Source of the DNA: Desulfurococcaceae archaeon
GTDB taxonomy: Archaea; Thermoproteota; Thermoprotei_A; Sulfolobales; Desulfurococcaceae
Assembly: GCA_038824035.1 (NCBI GenBank)
Contig: JAWBBW010000002.1
Coordinates: 90,497-154,496 of the forward strand
DNA length: 64,000 nt
Direction: 5' to 3'
Program-made: the position numbers and the translations under genes
Shown: in pieces, positions 47,299-56,798 of the stretch
Position numbering within the stretch: position 1 is the first letter of the stretch
How the letters are laid out: the number at the start of each line of letters is the position of its first letter
The notes under the pieces: generated by a model
Databases searched by the model: none
Seen by the model: only the letters and a program-made list of their open reading frames with translations
Told to the model about the DNA's origin: nothing

Positions 47299-48099
47299 TT
47301 ATTTTGCCGTAATGATGGTACCTGTGATCTCTAAATCACCTTTAATGGCTCTAATAACATTTGTGATATTGAAGCCCGAGAGTATTATAACAGGGATTTC
47401 AAGCGTCTTCGAAATTCTAAACATCAGCTTTATCTTGCTATACATACCGCCCGTCGCATCTCTGTTTTTATCGCTTTCGAGGATCGAGAGCACTTCCTCG
47501 ATGTTTTTCGGAGTTATTCTATTGATCAATTTTGCTTCTCTACATGATCTAGGGTTACATGTATAAACACCATCTACATCTGTTAACAAAACTATTCTCG
47601 ATGGTCTGAGATATGTTGACAGTATTTCAAACACCTTTTCCGTGGAAACTATAGCATAGCCCTGATGAGAAGGTATGCAGTCCCCGTATATCACTGGTAT
47701 TAAATTATTATTCAATAGGCTGATAATCGGTTCCAGAAACACTTTGAAATCGTTACTTAGCGAGTGAGAAATTATGGCACTGGTTTGTATACTGGTAGCG
47801 TTTATGTTATTCATTACTAAATAGTCAACTATTATCTTATTCAGCGCTCTAGTCGATGCGTGACATAATGTTATAAACTCTGCGGGGTTTTTATCAATAT
47901 ACTTCATCACGACGTAATGTGCAAAACTGCCTCCGCCATTACCTATTATTAATTTCACATCTTGCACAACTTCTCTTAATATGTCAACAGTCGATCTCAG
48001 CGCCTCGTATTTAATACTTATAGGCTTGTTCTTATCAGTTATGAAACTGCCTCCTAATTTAATGAATACCAAATTCTTCAATATGCGACACCACTGCAT
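47299..48099 (-). CDS. ipk: isopentenyl phosphate kinase (amino-acid kinase family)
   Basis: IKLGGSFITDK, GGGSFAH, PVIYGD, TDVDGVY and DATGGM..K motifs; start may be a few codons downstream. Confidence 0.88.
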   Translation of the reverse strand: MQWCRILKNLVFIKLGGSFITDKNKPISIKYEALRSTVDILREVVQDVKLIIGNGGGSFAHYVVMKYIDKNPAEFITLCHASTRALNKIIVDYLVMNNINATSIQTSAIISHSLSNDFKVFLEPIISLLNNNLIPVIYGDCIPSHQGYAIVSTEKVFEILSTYLRPSRIVLLTDVDGVYTCNPRSCREAKLINRITPKNIEEVLSILESDKNRDATGGMYSKIKLMFRISKTLEIPVIILSGFNITNVIRAIKGDLEITGTIITAK

Positions 48100-48152
48100 T
48101 TTTATTATATTTGATTTTAATTCATTATTTTTGGATTACTCCAGGTGTCGTA

Positions 48153-49511
48153 GTGAAGCGATCTCTGGTTTCGTTTATCACTAATTACTGGAAACTTGTA
48201 TTAGCAAACATTATTGCATTTTACTTTGCATATAGTGGCTGGAATTATTACGATGTCCGTTATTTTCTGAACTGGTATGACAATTATTTCAAAACGAACA
48301 TGCTCTTCCACATATATACAGGTAAAGCTACTGAAAAAGTTGCATATCCTCCTCTGGCTGTCTTCATATTCGTGGCATTTCATTATATAGCAACTAGTGT
48401 ATCGAATAATGTCACTGTGTGGAGGATCATTGATAAAATACCCCTTCTCATATCATTTAACGTTGTGTATTTAATTCTTCGAAAAAAATATAAGGATAAA
48501 GCAGGCGATCTTTGGCTGCTTAACTGTATGGCGTACGTTATAATAGCGGGGTATCAATTCGATCTAATAGTGGCGATGTTGTTAACAATTGCATATATAT
48601 ATCTATTAAAAGAGCGTTTTGAGCTATATGGAATATTAATTGTGCTTGCTGCACTGATAAAACAAGCTGTTGCAATACTGTTCTTGATACCTATTGTTGT
48701 GATGATCAAGAGAAAAGATCTTTCTAGGCTTCTCAAATACCTCGGCATTTCAGCAACAGTGACACTTTCGATCTCTATGCCATTCCTACTAGTCGATCCT
48801 CTCTCTTTCATAAATAAAATAGCTCTTTTTCATGCAACCAGAATACCTCAGAATTTCAGCATATGGGCCATTCCAATTTATATTGCATGGTATGATATAT
48901 CAGTAATACCTGGCTGGATCGCATGGGCATGGATTATTCCTTTCTCAATATACTTTATCACATGGATTATCTCGTATTATAGAGAGAAAATATATAATGA
49001 AGACATTCATCTCGCCTATATAATATTGATATTAATAGGTTTCCTTCTACTCAGCAAGATCGGTAATAATAACTACTTCATGTGGATTTCACCATTCATA
49101 CCAATATTGTTTCACAAATTGAGGCATAAATCGACAAATTTTGTATCTTTTTATATCTTGGTCACGCTGATACTTGGATTTCTCCATGGATTTTTCACTT
49201 TGTGGGCAGCCGCTGTAGCAGGCTATTCCGTCTTCCTATTCGAAGACTTAAATTGGGTATCAGCTGAACAAGTAATAATATACAGTGTGGGTGAAAATTC
49301 ATTGTATTACCAATTATTATTACAATTTAGATCATCTCCTTCTTTGCGAGAAATTTTCACGGTCTTTGATAGTGCGAAACCGGTCTCCATGATTATTTTC
49401 ACATTAATATATGTTATATATCTAATCTACTTAGCATTATACACAGTAAAACATCTAAAACCTAAATATACTTTCTCAACAATGTTTCTTAAAGTTTTAC
49501 GTAATTTTTGA
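48153..49511 (+). CDS. GT-C (GT87/PIG-M-like) membrane glycosyltransferase
   Basis: YDV after first TM, AYPPL, GYQFD, IKQ, PFL..DP..F, N.Y.MW..P; about 11 TM. Confidence 0.7.
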   Translation: MKRSLVSFITNYWKLVLANIIAFYFAYSGWNYYDVRYFLNWYDNYFKTNMLFHIYTGKATEKVAYPPLAVFIFVAFHYIATSVSNNVTVWRIIDKIPLLISFNVVYLILRKKYKDKAGDLWLLNCMAYVIIAGYQFDLIVAMLLTIAYIYLLKERFELYGILIVLAALIKQAVAILFLIPIVVMIKRKDLSRLLKYLGISATVTLSISMPFLLVDPLSFINKIALFHATRIPQNFSIWAIPIYIAWYDISVIPGWIAWAWIIPFSIYFITWIISYYREKIYNEDIHLAYIILILIGFLLLSKIGNNNYFMWISPFIPILFHKLRHKSTNFVSFYILVTLILGFLHGFFTLWAAAVAGYSVFLFEDLNWVSAEQVIIYSVGENSLYYQLLLQFRSSPSLREIFTVFDSAKPVSMIIFTLIYVIYLIYLALYTVKHLKPKYTFSTMFLKVLRNF

Positions 49512-49535
49512 AATTATTAAAATCAAGGTGGTTTA

Positions 49536-50306
49536 ATGCTAGTGTTTATTGGTGTAGGATATTCAAAGGAACAACTAACAATAGAAGCTATTAATGAAGT
49601 AAAAAGAGCAGAGAAAATATACATTGATACGTATACATCTCTTTACGAATATTCATTAAGAGAATTACTTGAAGAGATAAATCCAAATGCAGAATACGTC
49701 TATGCAACTAGGAGAGTTCTGGAAGGAGAGGCCATAAACAAGATAATAAAAGAGGCTGAAACACGAAACATAGCCATAGTTTCGCCTGGTGACCCATTTA
49801 TAGCGACAACACATGATGCCATAAGATTAGAGGCTATTAAGAGAAACATAACAGTTAAGGTAGTCCATGGAATTTCGATCATAAGCATGATCTACAGTAA
49901 ACTCGGATTACAAGTCTATAGGTTTGGCAAGATCGCGACACTTGTATATCCAGATCATTTTAAACCATACAGCACTATTGAGGTCATTTATGATAACTTA
50001 TCTCGGAACCTTCACTCAATAGTATTACTTGATCTAAGGATCGATGAATCTAAGGCTATGAGTATAGAAGAGGCCGTTGAGATCATCAGAGAACTTGATT
50101 TTAAAAACACTTTGTTAAAACAGCCAGCCATAGCTGTGGCCAGACTTGGCTGGAAAGATGAGAAAATATGTGCAGATATTCTCGAAAATCTGAGTAAATA
50201 TAAATACCCTCCACCTCCTCATACACTTGTAATAACTGCATCACTGCACCCCATAGAAAGAGAATTCTATGAGTATTGGAAAAATACGTGTTTCCATGCT
50301 ATTTAA
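49536..50306 (+). CDS. dph5: diphthine synthase
   Basis: DTYTS, GDPFIATTH, GLQVYRFGK, NLHSIVLLD and PPPHTL motifs. Confidence 0.93.
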   Translation: MLVFIGVGYSKEQLTIEAINEVKRAEKIYIDTYTSLYEYSLRELLEEINPNAEYVYATRRVLEGEAINKIIKEAETRNIAIVSPGDPFIATTHDAIRLEAIKRNITVKVVHGISIISMIYSKLGLQVYRFGKIATLVYPDHFKPYSTIEVIYDNLSRNLHSIVLLDLRIDESKAMSIEEAVEIIRELDFKNTLLKQPAIAVARLGWKDEKICADILENLSKYKYPPPPHTLVITASLHPIEREFYEYWKNTCFHAI

Positions 50307-50309
50307 TAA

Positions 50310-50870
50310 TTAATCATGTTTTCTGCTCAATGCTATTAACAAATCCAAAACATATTTATGATCCACCACCTTAGCATTCAAGACCTCTTTCATATATTTT
50401 AATGCCCATGCATGATCTTCGCTACTAAACGCCGCTACACCATCCTCGACTATTATTAAATTAAATCTCTCATAAAAAGCATCTATAGCTGTATGTAGAA
50501 CACATATATGGGTATGTATGCCCGTCAATATCAATGTATCCACTCTTAGATCTCTTAAAACATATTTTAATCCAGTATCTCTAAATCCACTATAAGATCT
50601 TTTATATAAAACTATATCGTTTTTATCGGGCTTAAGCTCATCGATAATGTCCCCCTCTAGATCCCCTATTAATGCGTGAGGTCCCCAGATTCTTAATTCA
50701 TGATCAAATGGGAAATGTCTATCAGCTAAGTAAATTATAGGGACATTTACATCACGAGCACACTTTATTATGTTCTTTATCACTGGGACTATAAACATAG
50801 CCATTGGGCTCTTAAGCCTACCATATACGAATTCCCTTAACATATCGATGACTAGAACCGCGGGATTCAT
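50310..50870 (-). CDS. isochorismatase/nicotinamidase family cysteine hydrolase
   Basis: VIDM, WGPHA, KRSYSGF, TGIHTHICV; start trimmed to MNPAV because the track's extension is antisense to an sRNA. Confidence 0.9.
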   Translation of the reverse strand: MNPAVLVIDMLREFVYGRLKSPMAMFIVPVIKNIIKCARDVNVPIIYLADRHFPFDHELRIWGPHALIGDLEGDIIDELKPDKNDIVLYKRSYSGFRDTGLKYVLRDLRVDTLILTGIHTHICVLHTAIDAFYERFNLIIVEDGVAAFSSEDHAWALKYMKEVLNAKVVDHKYVLDLLIALSRKHD

Positions 50871-50927
50871 TTTAATTATCCCCTTCGCATTTACATTAAA
50901 GTGGCTGGGATTAATAGCATTTTTGCC

Positions 50928-50982
50928 AATGATGAACGACTTCGGTTCTGATATCTCATGATGAACCGTGTGAGGGCTGAGA
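50928..50982 (+). ncRNA. box C/D guide sRNA (D guide predicted for tRNA-Val(CAC) C34)
   Basis: All four boxes are consensus: ATGATGA-ACGACTTCGGTT-CTGA-tatctc-ATGATGA-ACCGTGTGAGGG-CTGA. Confidence 0.92.
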
Positions 50983-51063
50983 TCAATTATATATAGACTA
51001 TATATTCTCATATATACGTTTCTGATAGATTTATAAACTAATATTACGTTTAAATAAACATGG

Positions 51064-52353
51064 GTGAAAATATTGAAAGCCTGTGCTTCACTATATGAAG
51101 AAGACCCCATATATCAAATGGCCGTTAAACAGTTAAAAGACGCCGCCTCATTGCTTGGGCTTTCAGAGGAGGTTGTAGATGCTTTACGCCATCCCGAAAA
51201 ACTAATACAGGTAAAAATAACTATAAAAAGGGAAAGCGGTAAGGTAGAAACATTCCTTGGTTGGAGAAGCCAACACAACAGTGCCCTAGGCCCTTACAAA
51301 GGCGGTATAAGATATGGGGAAAATGTTACCCCAGGAGAAGTGGTTGCACTATCTATGTGGATGACCTGGAAAAACGCACTTGCAGGTCTACCATATGGAG
51401 GTGGAAAAGGAGGTGTCAAGGTGAATCCAAAAGTTCTTAGTCAAAGAGAGCTCGAAGACCTGAGTAGAAAGTTTTTCGCCGCTATAGCCAGGGATGTTGG
51501 AGAGAACATAGATATTCCAGCCCCTGACGTATATACAAATCCCCAGATAATGGCATGGTATTTCGACGAATATAGTAAAATCGTTGGATACAATGCATGG
51601 GGCGTAGTGACGGCAAAACCCCCCGAATTGGGAGGGCTTTATGCTAGATTTGTATCAACCGGTTATGGCGTTGCATTAATGGCTAGAGAGGCCGCTAAGC
51701 GATTAATAGGCGGAATAGAGGGTAAGACTGTGGCTATTCATGGATTCGGAAATGTGGGGATATATGCAGCAAAGTATCTACATGAATGGGGAGCTAGAAT
51801 TGTCGCTGTTAGTGATAGTAAAGGATATGTGTATGATCCGCATGGACTTGATGTCGACAAGCTAATAACGATAAAGAACACGATAGATAGAGTCACGGAA
51901 TATCGAGGTACAAATACCATAGTCTCGTTCAATCATATGGAGCTGCTGGAACTGCCAACCGACATATTGATACCGGCAGCAATAGAAAACGTTATCACAG
52001 CCAAAAACGCTAACAATATAAAGGCAAAGATCATAGTAGAAGGTGCAAATGGGCCTACAACCCCTGAAGCTGATAAATTACTCCACGAGAAAGGCATAGT
52101 AGTTATACCCGATATACTCGCGAATGCTGGAGGAGTTGTAATGAGTTGGATAGAATGGAGTCACAATAGAATGGGGTGTTGGCTTACAGATGAAGAAGCG
52201 TTGTCAAGACTCGACAAAATGATGACCATTAATTTCCACAAAGTTTTCGATGAATGGCAAAGAAGATATGGGGAATATCCAATGAGGACTGCCGCATACG
52301 CCATAGCCGTGGATAGAGTCGTAAGGGCTATGAAAGCTCGTGGATGGATATAG
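51064..52353 (+). CDS. gdhA: glutamate dehydrogenase
   Basis: GPYKGGIRY, MTWK, GGGKGG, DIPAPDV, GFGNVG, EGANGP and PDILANAGGV motifs. Confidence 0.96.
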   Translation: MKILKACASLYEEDPIYQMAVKQLKDAASLLGLSEEVVDALRHPEKLIQVKITIKRESGKVETFLGWRSQHNSALGPYKGGIRYGENVTPGEVVALSMWMTWKNALAGLPYGGGKGGVKVNPKVLSQRELEDLSRKFFAAIARDVGENIDIPAPDVYTNPQIMAWYFDEYSKIVGYNAWGVVTAKPPELGGLYARFVSTGYGVALMAREAAKRLIGGIEGKTVAIHGFGNVGIYAAKYLHEWGARIVAVSDSKGYVYDPHGLDVDKLITIKNTIDRVTEYRGTNTIVSFNHMELLELPTDILIPAAIENVITAKNANNIKAKIIVEGANGPTTPEADKLLHEKGIVVIPDILANAGGVVMSWIEWSHNRMGCWLTDEEALSRLDKMMTINFHKVFDEWQRRYGEYPMRTAAYAIAVDRVVRAMKARGWI

Positions 52354-52374
52354 CTTGGATGCCTAAATATATGA

Positions 52375-52632
52375 TTATTTCCCCTGTTTTTTCCTTTTGT
52401 AAATAATTTTTCCATTTATATTTCTTATTTCCTCTACTCTGTGAAAAGGTATTACCTCGTTACCAGTGATTATACAATTACCTCGTATATCATCTATTAA
52501 TTGACCTGGAATAGGTCTAAGTGTCTCGATGTTCTCTTCTCTAAACTTGATATATATAACATAGTCCTCCTTTCTACTACCAAAAAATATTCGTTTAAGC
52601 CATTTTTCTATTTCTCCTTTTCTTCTACCCAG
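52375..52632 (-). CDS. DUF504 (MJ1316 RNA-repair-associated domain)-like protein, 85 aa, apparent CTG start, absent from ORF track
   Basis: Manual translation (M)GRRKGEIEKWLKRIFFGSRKEDYVIYIKFREENIETLRPIPGQLIDDIRGNCIITGNEVIPFHRVEEIRNINGKIIYKRKKQGK*; IPFHRV.EI...G..IY.R signature. Confidence 0.75.
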   Translation of the reverse strand: MGRRKGEIEKWLKRIFFGSRKEDYVIYIKFREENIETLRPIPGQLIDDIRGNCIITGNEVIPFHRVEEIRNINGKIIYKRKKQGK

Positions 52633-52698
52633 TTTTAATACACCTTACAATATTAATGATATTTGAACGGAATTTTATAAATCACGGTGTTGTGATAA

Positions 52699-52953
52699 AT
52701 GCCGAGAAGGAGAATTATAGGTGTAATAACAATGATTCTATCGATCACGGCGATGATGTTGTATACATATTTACTTTTCTACTCATCAAAAGACATGCAA
52801 GCTATGACTCTTAAGCTAAGTGTATATGTTATGATTATGATTGGGCTATGTTCCCTCCTAGCAATCGGATACGGGCTAGCAAAAACACTAAGTATTCCAT
52901 CCGAAGAAGTTCGCAAAGAGTTAAAAAGTAATAAATGTGAAGATAAGGGCTGA
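52699..52953 (+). CDS. small two-TM membrane protein
   Basis: Two hydrophobic helices and a charged tail; GGTG RBS. Confidence 0.7.
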   Translation: MPRRRIIGVITMILSITAMMLYTYLLFYSSKDMQAMTLKLSVYVMIMIGLCSLLAIGYGLAKTLSIPSEEVRKELKSNKCEDKG

Positions 52954-52955
52954 GA

Positions 52956-54086
52956 TCATTTGTCCCTATATGCTAATTTATTTGTAAGCCATTTAAGAAC
53001 TTCTTTTGTTTCATCACAGATCTCTCTTGATTCTTCAAGCGCGGTCAATGCCTTTTCAACATATTTGTCTATAACTGCTTCATTATAACTCAAACTTCCC
53101 GTCTCCTTGACGATATCTTGAACAAACTTTATGTGATCATCGCTGATCTCGAATGGATCCATGACATCATATATGTACTTTAACTTATTTTTAGTATTTT
53201 CGTCGGCAAGTTTATATGCCTTCACGATCAATAACGTTTTCTTCTTACTCCTAACATCACTACCTATCGGTTTGCCTGTCAACCTCGGGTCCCCATATAG
53301 ACCAATTATATCGTCTCTTAACTGGAAGGCTATTCCAGCTGATAGGGCATAATTTGATAATTCTTCGAGTAATTTCTTATTGTATTTCGTAGACGCTATA
53401 GCGCCCAGATGAAGAGGTAATTCCACAGTATATGAAGCTGTCTTCAACTGGTGGATCAATATTATGTCATCTTCATCAATATTATTTAAAGGAACCTGTG
53501 AGAATAATACATCGAGATATTGGCCAAAAGCCACTTTTCTTAATCCACTAGAATACGTGGCTATTAAGTCGGCTAATGCATCGCTGGGTATTTTTGCCTT
53601 AGCTAACATCCCAACGGCCATCGCCTCAAGGTAATCCCCAGTTGTTATAGCCTGTGAAATACCATAGTGTTGGCATTCCTTGCTATTAATATATCTCTCG
53701 CCGAGTAAACATTGCGATTTAAACCATACATGGACTGTGGGGCCTCCACGTCTTTTCTCGTCTTTATCCATTATATCATCATGTATGAGCAAGTAGCTTT
53801 GTAATAATTCGATCCCACTCATTATAGGTAAGATTTTATCTAAATCCTCGATTTTCCATTGCTTGCTATTATAGCCCAAGAATATTAGGAAGGCTCTTAG
53901 TCTCTTACCTCCTCGTAAAGTGTAATCCTCTGCTATATATATCATATCACCCAGTAATGGAGAAATGGCGATGGCTTCCTTCTCTAATTGTTCAAAAACA
54001 GTCTTGAGATCATCATATACTTTGCGAACAACTAGGTCTAAAAACCCCTCATATCCCTTGTTATTTTTTTCCAAGCTCATTTCCAA
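52956..54086 (-). CDS. polyprenyl diphosphate synthase (GGPP synthase type)
   Basis: GGKRLR, LIHDDIMD...RRG (FARM), GQYLD, KTASY and FQLRDDI (SARM). Confidence 0.93.
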   Translation of the reverse strand: MEMSLEKNNKGYEGFLDLVVRKVYDDLKTVFEQLEKEAIAISPLLGDMIYIAEDYTLRGGKRLRAFLIFLGYNSKQWKIEDLDKILPIMSGIELLQSYLLIHDDIMDKDEKRRGGPTVHVWFKSQCLLGERYINSKECQHYGISQAITTGDYLEAMAVGMLAKAKIPSDALADLIATYSSGLRKVAFGQYLDVLFSQVPLNNIDEDDIILIHQLKTASYTVELPLHLGAIASTKYNKKLLEELSNYALSAGIAFQLRDDIIGLYGDPRLTGKPIGSDVRSKKKTLLIVKAYKLADENTKNKLKYIYDVMDPFEISDDHIKFVQDIVKETGSLSYNEAVIDKYVEKALTALEESREICDETKEVLKWLTNKLAYRDK

Positions 54087-54124
54087 ATATCCCTCGGATA
54101 GAATAATGCCATCGATTGAATTAA

Positions 54125-54886
54125 TTACTTATTTTTCGTTCTCAATATTTTCTCCAATTCCATTATCACCTGGAGATGTCGTTTCTCTCTTAAAAGATCC
54201 CAGTAGATCCCCTTGGGCTTATATCCCTGAGGCTCGATCCTAACTAATTTAGTGGGCGTGGCATAATAATCAACAGTTAAGTCATGTATTTCTAGCGGAA
54301 TCGAGTTAATTACCTGTAGATCATGTATAGTCGTCACAACAGGTGTCCTCTCATCTATTAAATTTAGTTCTCGTAATATACCGTATTCTAGCTCAGCGTA
54401 TCCACCACCTTTACCTAATCTAACACCTTTTTTGTCAACCGCAACACATCCTGTCACAATGAGATCTATAGGAGGAATTTCATCAAGTTTAATAATCTTA
54501 CCAAATTTGAAACTACCGGTTATTGTCGCTGCCGTTTTTATCTTGTTTCTGGGTATTTTCCTGGGATCTAGTATTAAAAACCCATTGCTTAACCTAGGAG
54601 TTGCCATTATAAGTATCTTGCCATTTTCCAGGGCTTTCTCACGTAAATATATTTGCGGGGAATCCGGGTTAGATTTAATTACGATCGCCTTTTCCCATTC
54701 CCTTATACTCGTTATTTTCAATGCCGCTTTATCTGCACCTACGAAATTCGGAATTCTCCCGTAAACAGGCCTCGGGAACATAGCTATGTTCCTAGTCTCC
54801 ATTAGTTCCCAAATGGTTTTTCTTATCTCAGCCTTGATCTTTTTGATGGTTTCTACGTCTTTATTTATATTCGACATCTCAATCAA
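54125..54886 (-). CDS. 5-formyltetrahydrofolate cyclo-ligase family protein (archaeal/MTHFSD type)
   Basis: FPRPVYGRIPNF.GA, NPDSPQ, RLGKGGGYAELEY and HDLTVD motifs. Confidence 0.88.
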   Translation of the reverse strand: MIEMSNINKDVETIKKIKAEIRKTIWELMETRNIAMFPRPVYGRIPNFVGADKAALKITSIREWEKAIVIKSNPDSPQIYLREKALENGKILIMATPRLSNGFLILDPRKIPRNKIKTAATITGSFKFGKIIKLDEIPPIDLIVTGCVAVDKKGVRLGKGGGYAELEYGILRELNLIDERTPVVTTIHDLQVINSIPLEIHDLTVDYYATPTKLVRIEPQGYKPKGIYWDLLREKRHLQVIMELEKILRTKNK

Positions 54887-54931
54887 CTACTATGTGTTTT
54901 TATCTCGGGGATTTGATATAAAAGCCTAGGG

Positions 54932-55603
54932 ATGAGATGCGTGGAGAAAATACTCCAAATAGCCCTTGATATGACAGAGCTCGTTAAAGCCGTAGATCTA
55001 TCTCTCAAAATAGTGTCTACGTTTAAGTGTAAGAACATATGGCTCGAGGCGGGGACTCCTCTCCTAAAAGCCTGGGGCAAATTGGCAGTGAAATCATTGA
55101 AAAATCTAACTAATTGCTTTGTAGTAGCTGATACAAAGACCATAGATGCCGCCCAAATAGAGGCTGAAACGATGTTCAAGAACGGGGCAGATGCTATCAC
55201 CATATTAGCTGTTGCAGATGATGAGGTCTTAAGAGAAGCGATGAATATTAAAAAAGAATACAATGATAAGTTGTTGATTATAGATCTAATAAGTCATCCC
55301 AATCCATATCAAAGAGCTATGGAGTTATCAAGGTTCGAACCCGATGTACTGCTATACCACGTGGGGATCAGTGTTCAGAAGGCCAGGAAATTGACTGTCC
55401 ATGACTTGCTCAGCGAAATAAGTAGAATAAAAAATGAACTAGCGATAACCATTGGAGTGGCAGGTGGACTTAAACCTGGCCTTATAAAGCCTGTGATAGA
55501 GCAAGGGGCGGATATTATAGTGGTAGGAGGAGCTATAACGAAAGCCCGGGATCCACTCTCCATTGTAAGCGAAATATTTAGAGAGATGTCAATAATGTTA
55601 TAA
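54932..55603 (+). CDS. 3-hexulose-6-phosphate synthase (HUMPS/OMP decarboxylase family)
   Basis: LQIALD, EAGTPL, ADTKTIDA, HVG...Q, VAGGL and VGGAITK motifs. Confidence 0.85.
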   Translation: MRCVEKILQIALDMTELVKAVDLSLKIVSTFKCKNIWLEAGTPLLKAWGKLAVKSLKNLTNCFVVADTKTIDAAQIEAETMFKNGADAITILAVADDEVLREAMNIKKEYNDKLLIIDLISHPNPYQRAMELSRFEPDVLLYHVGISVQKARKLTVHDLLSEISRIKNELAITIGVAGGLKPGLIKPVIEQGADIIVVGGAITKARDPLSIVSEIFREMSIML

Positions 55604-55639
55604 TGACGAAAGGTAATAACAAACGATGTGATTTATTCC

Positions 55640-56755
55640 TCAGAAACTTGGTTGTTTCAAGATCTTATTTATAATGCCTGAAGAAACCACTTCGATGTAC
55701 CTCCGCATATGATCTTCTAATAATTTTTTGAGTTTTTCGGATGCAACTTTCTTACATTGACCGCACAGCATCTTACCATTAATACAATTTTCATATATCT
55801 CTTTAAGTTCACTAGTATCTCTAACAAGGTGATATAAGTAAAGTTCATATATAGTACATTTCCACGGTTCTCCTCCTAATCGCTTTTGCTCCTCTGCTGT
55901 GGCTCTACCACCAGTTAGGGCATTCTGTATTTTCTTGATAGCTACATCTATAGGATCGTTTAAGTGAATTGCATATTCCGGTCTGCTTTTGCTCATTTTA
56001 TTACCATCAAGACCGCGCAATAGTTTATGGTAGATAGATGAAGGCCTTGATAAGGAGAGTTCTGTAGCAAATCTATCAGCTAAATCTCTTGTGAGCCTCA
56101 GATGGGGATCCTGATCTGCGCCCACAGGCACTAATACGTATTTGTAACCACCATATATATCTAACTGGAGGTGAAGTATATCAGCGGCTTGCGTTAAAGC
56201 CGCCATAACTTTACCCGGTGTTAGATCTCCATATATTGCCTCCATTTCAGAGAATGTGACTTTTCTAGAAAACATCTGTATTAGCCTATAATAAGGATCG
56301 TCCATTGCTGTCTGATAATAGAAATCTGCCTTCTCAGAGTCTATGCCCCAGGCTATGGCGTGTGCAACGAACTCTACACCTCTTTTAATAGTCTCTTTCC
56401 TATCCTCGCGCCTCACAATATAGGCCTCCGCATCCGCTATCACGATTTTCACATATGCACCTATTTCCTGCAGGAATTTCAATTCTTCATAAACCATCGC
56501 TGTACCTAGATGAGGTATGCCACTTGGCATAAACCCCGTTAAAACGGCGACCTTTTTCCTCTCCCTGAGGCCTGTGAGCCATATATCGAAATCCCTATGA
56601 CCGAATATCACTCGTCTCTTGAAATACATATGATCTCTCGGGAGCATGTTCATCACATCGTCTATGCGCTTTATTCCAAACTCGCTTAGCAATTTCTCGT
56701 AGTCCTCTATTGCAAAGTAACCCCATGGATCAAGTATTCTTGACATACACATCAT
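55640..56755 (-). CDS. trpS: tryptophanyl-tRNA synthetase
   Basis: TGFMPSG.PHLG, QAADIL, PVGADQDPH, KMSKS, A.TGGR...EEQ..LGG, C..G...CG.CK. Confidence 0.95.
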   Translation of the reverse strand: MMCMSRILDPWGYFAIEDYEKLLSEFGIKRIDDVMNMLPRDHMYFKRRVIFGHRDFDIWLTGLRERKKVAVLTGFMPSGIPHLGTAMVYEELKFLQEIGAYVKIVIADAEAYIVRREDRKETIKRGVEFVAHAIAWGIDSEKADFYYQTAMDDPYYRLIQMFSRKVTFSEMEAIYGDLTPGKVMAALTQAADILHLQLDIYGGYKYVLVPVGADQDPHLRLTRDLADRFATELSLSRPSSIYHKLLRGLDGNKMSKSRPEYAIHLNDPIDVAIKKIQNALTGGRATAEEQKRLGGEPWKCTIYELYLYHLVRDTSELKEIYENCINGKMLCGQCKKVASEKLKKLLEDHMRRYIEVVSSGIINKILKQPSF

Positions 56756-56798
56756 CCTGTATTTATAAAATGTCGTTATTGCATTTTTGAAACCTATC

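Noticed and set aside
50871-51110. 80-aa N-terminal extension of the cysteine hydrolase ORF
   Set aside because: Antisense to a consensus sRNA and overlapping the gdhA start; the family domain begins at MNPAV
55602-55645. ATGACGA...ACGA...CAGA as a C/D sRNA
   Set aside because: Boxes degenerate, spacing too short, no recognisable guide; overlaps two convergent stop codons
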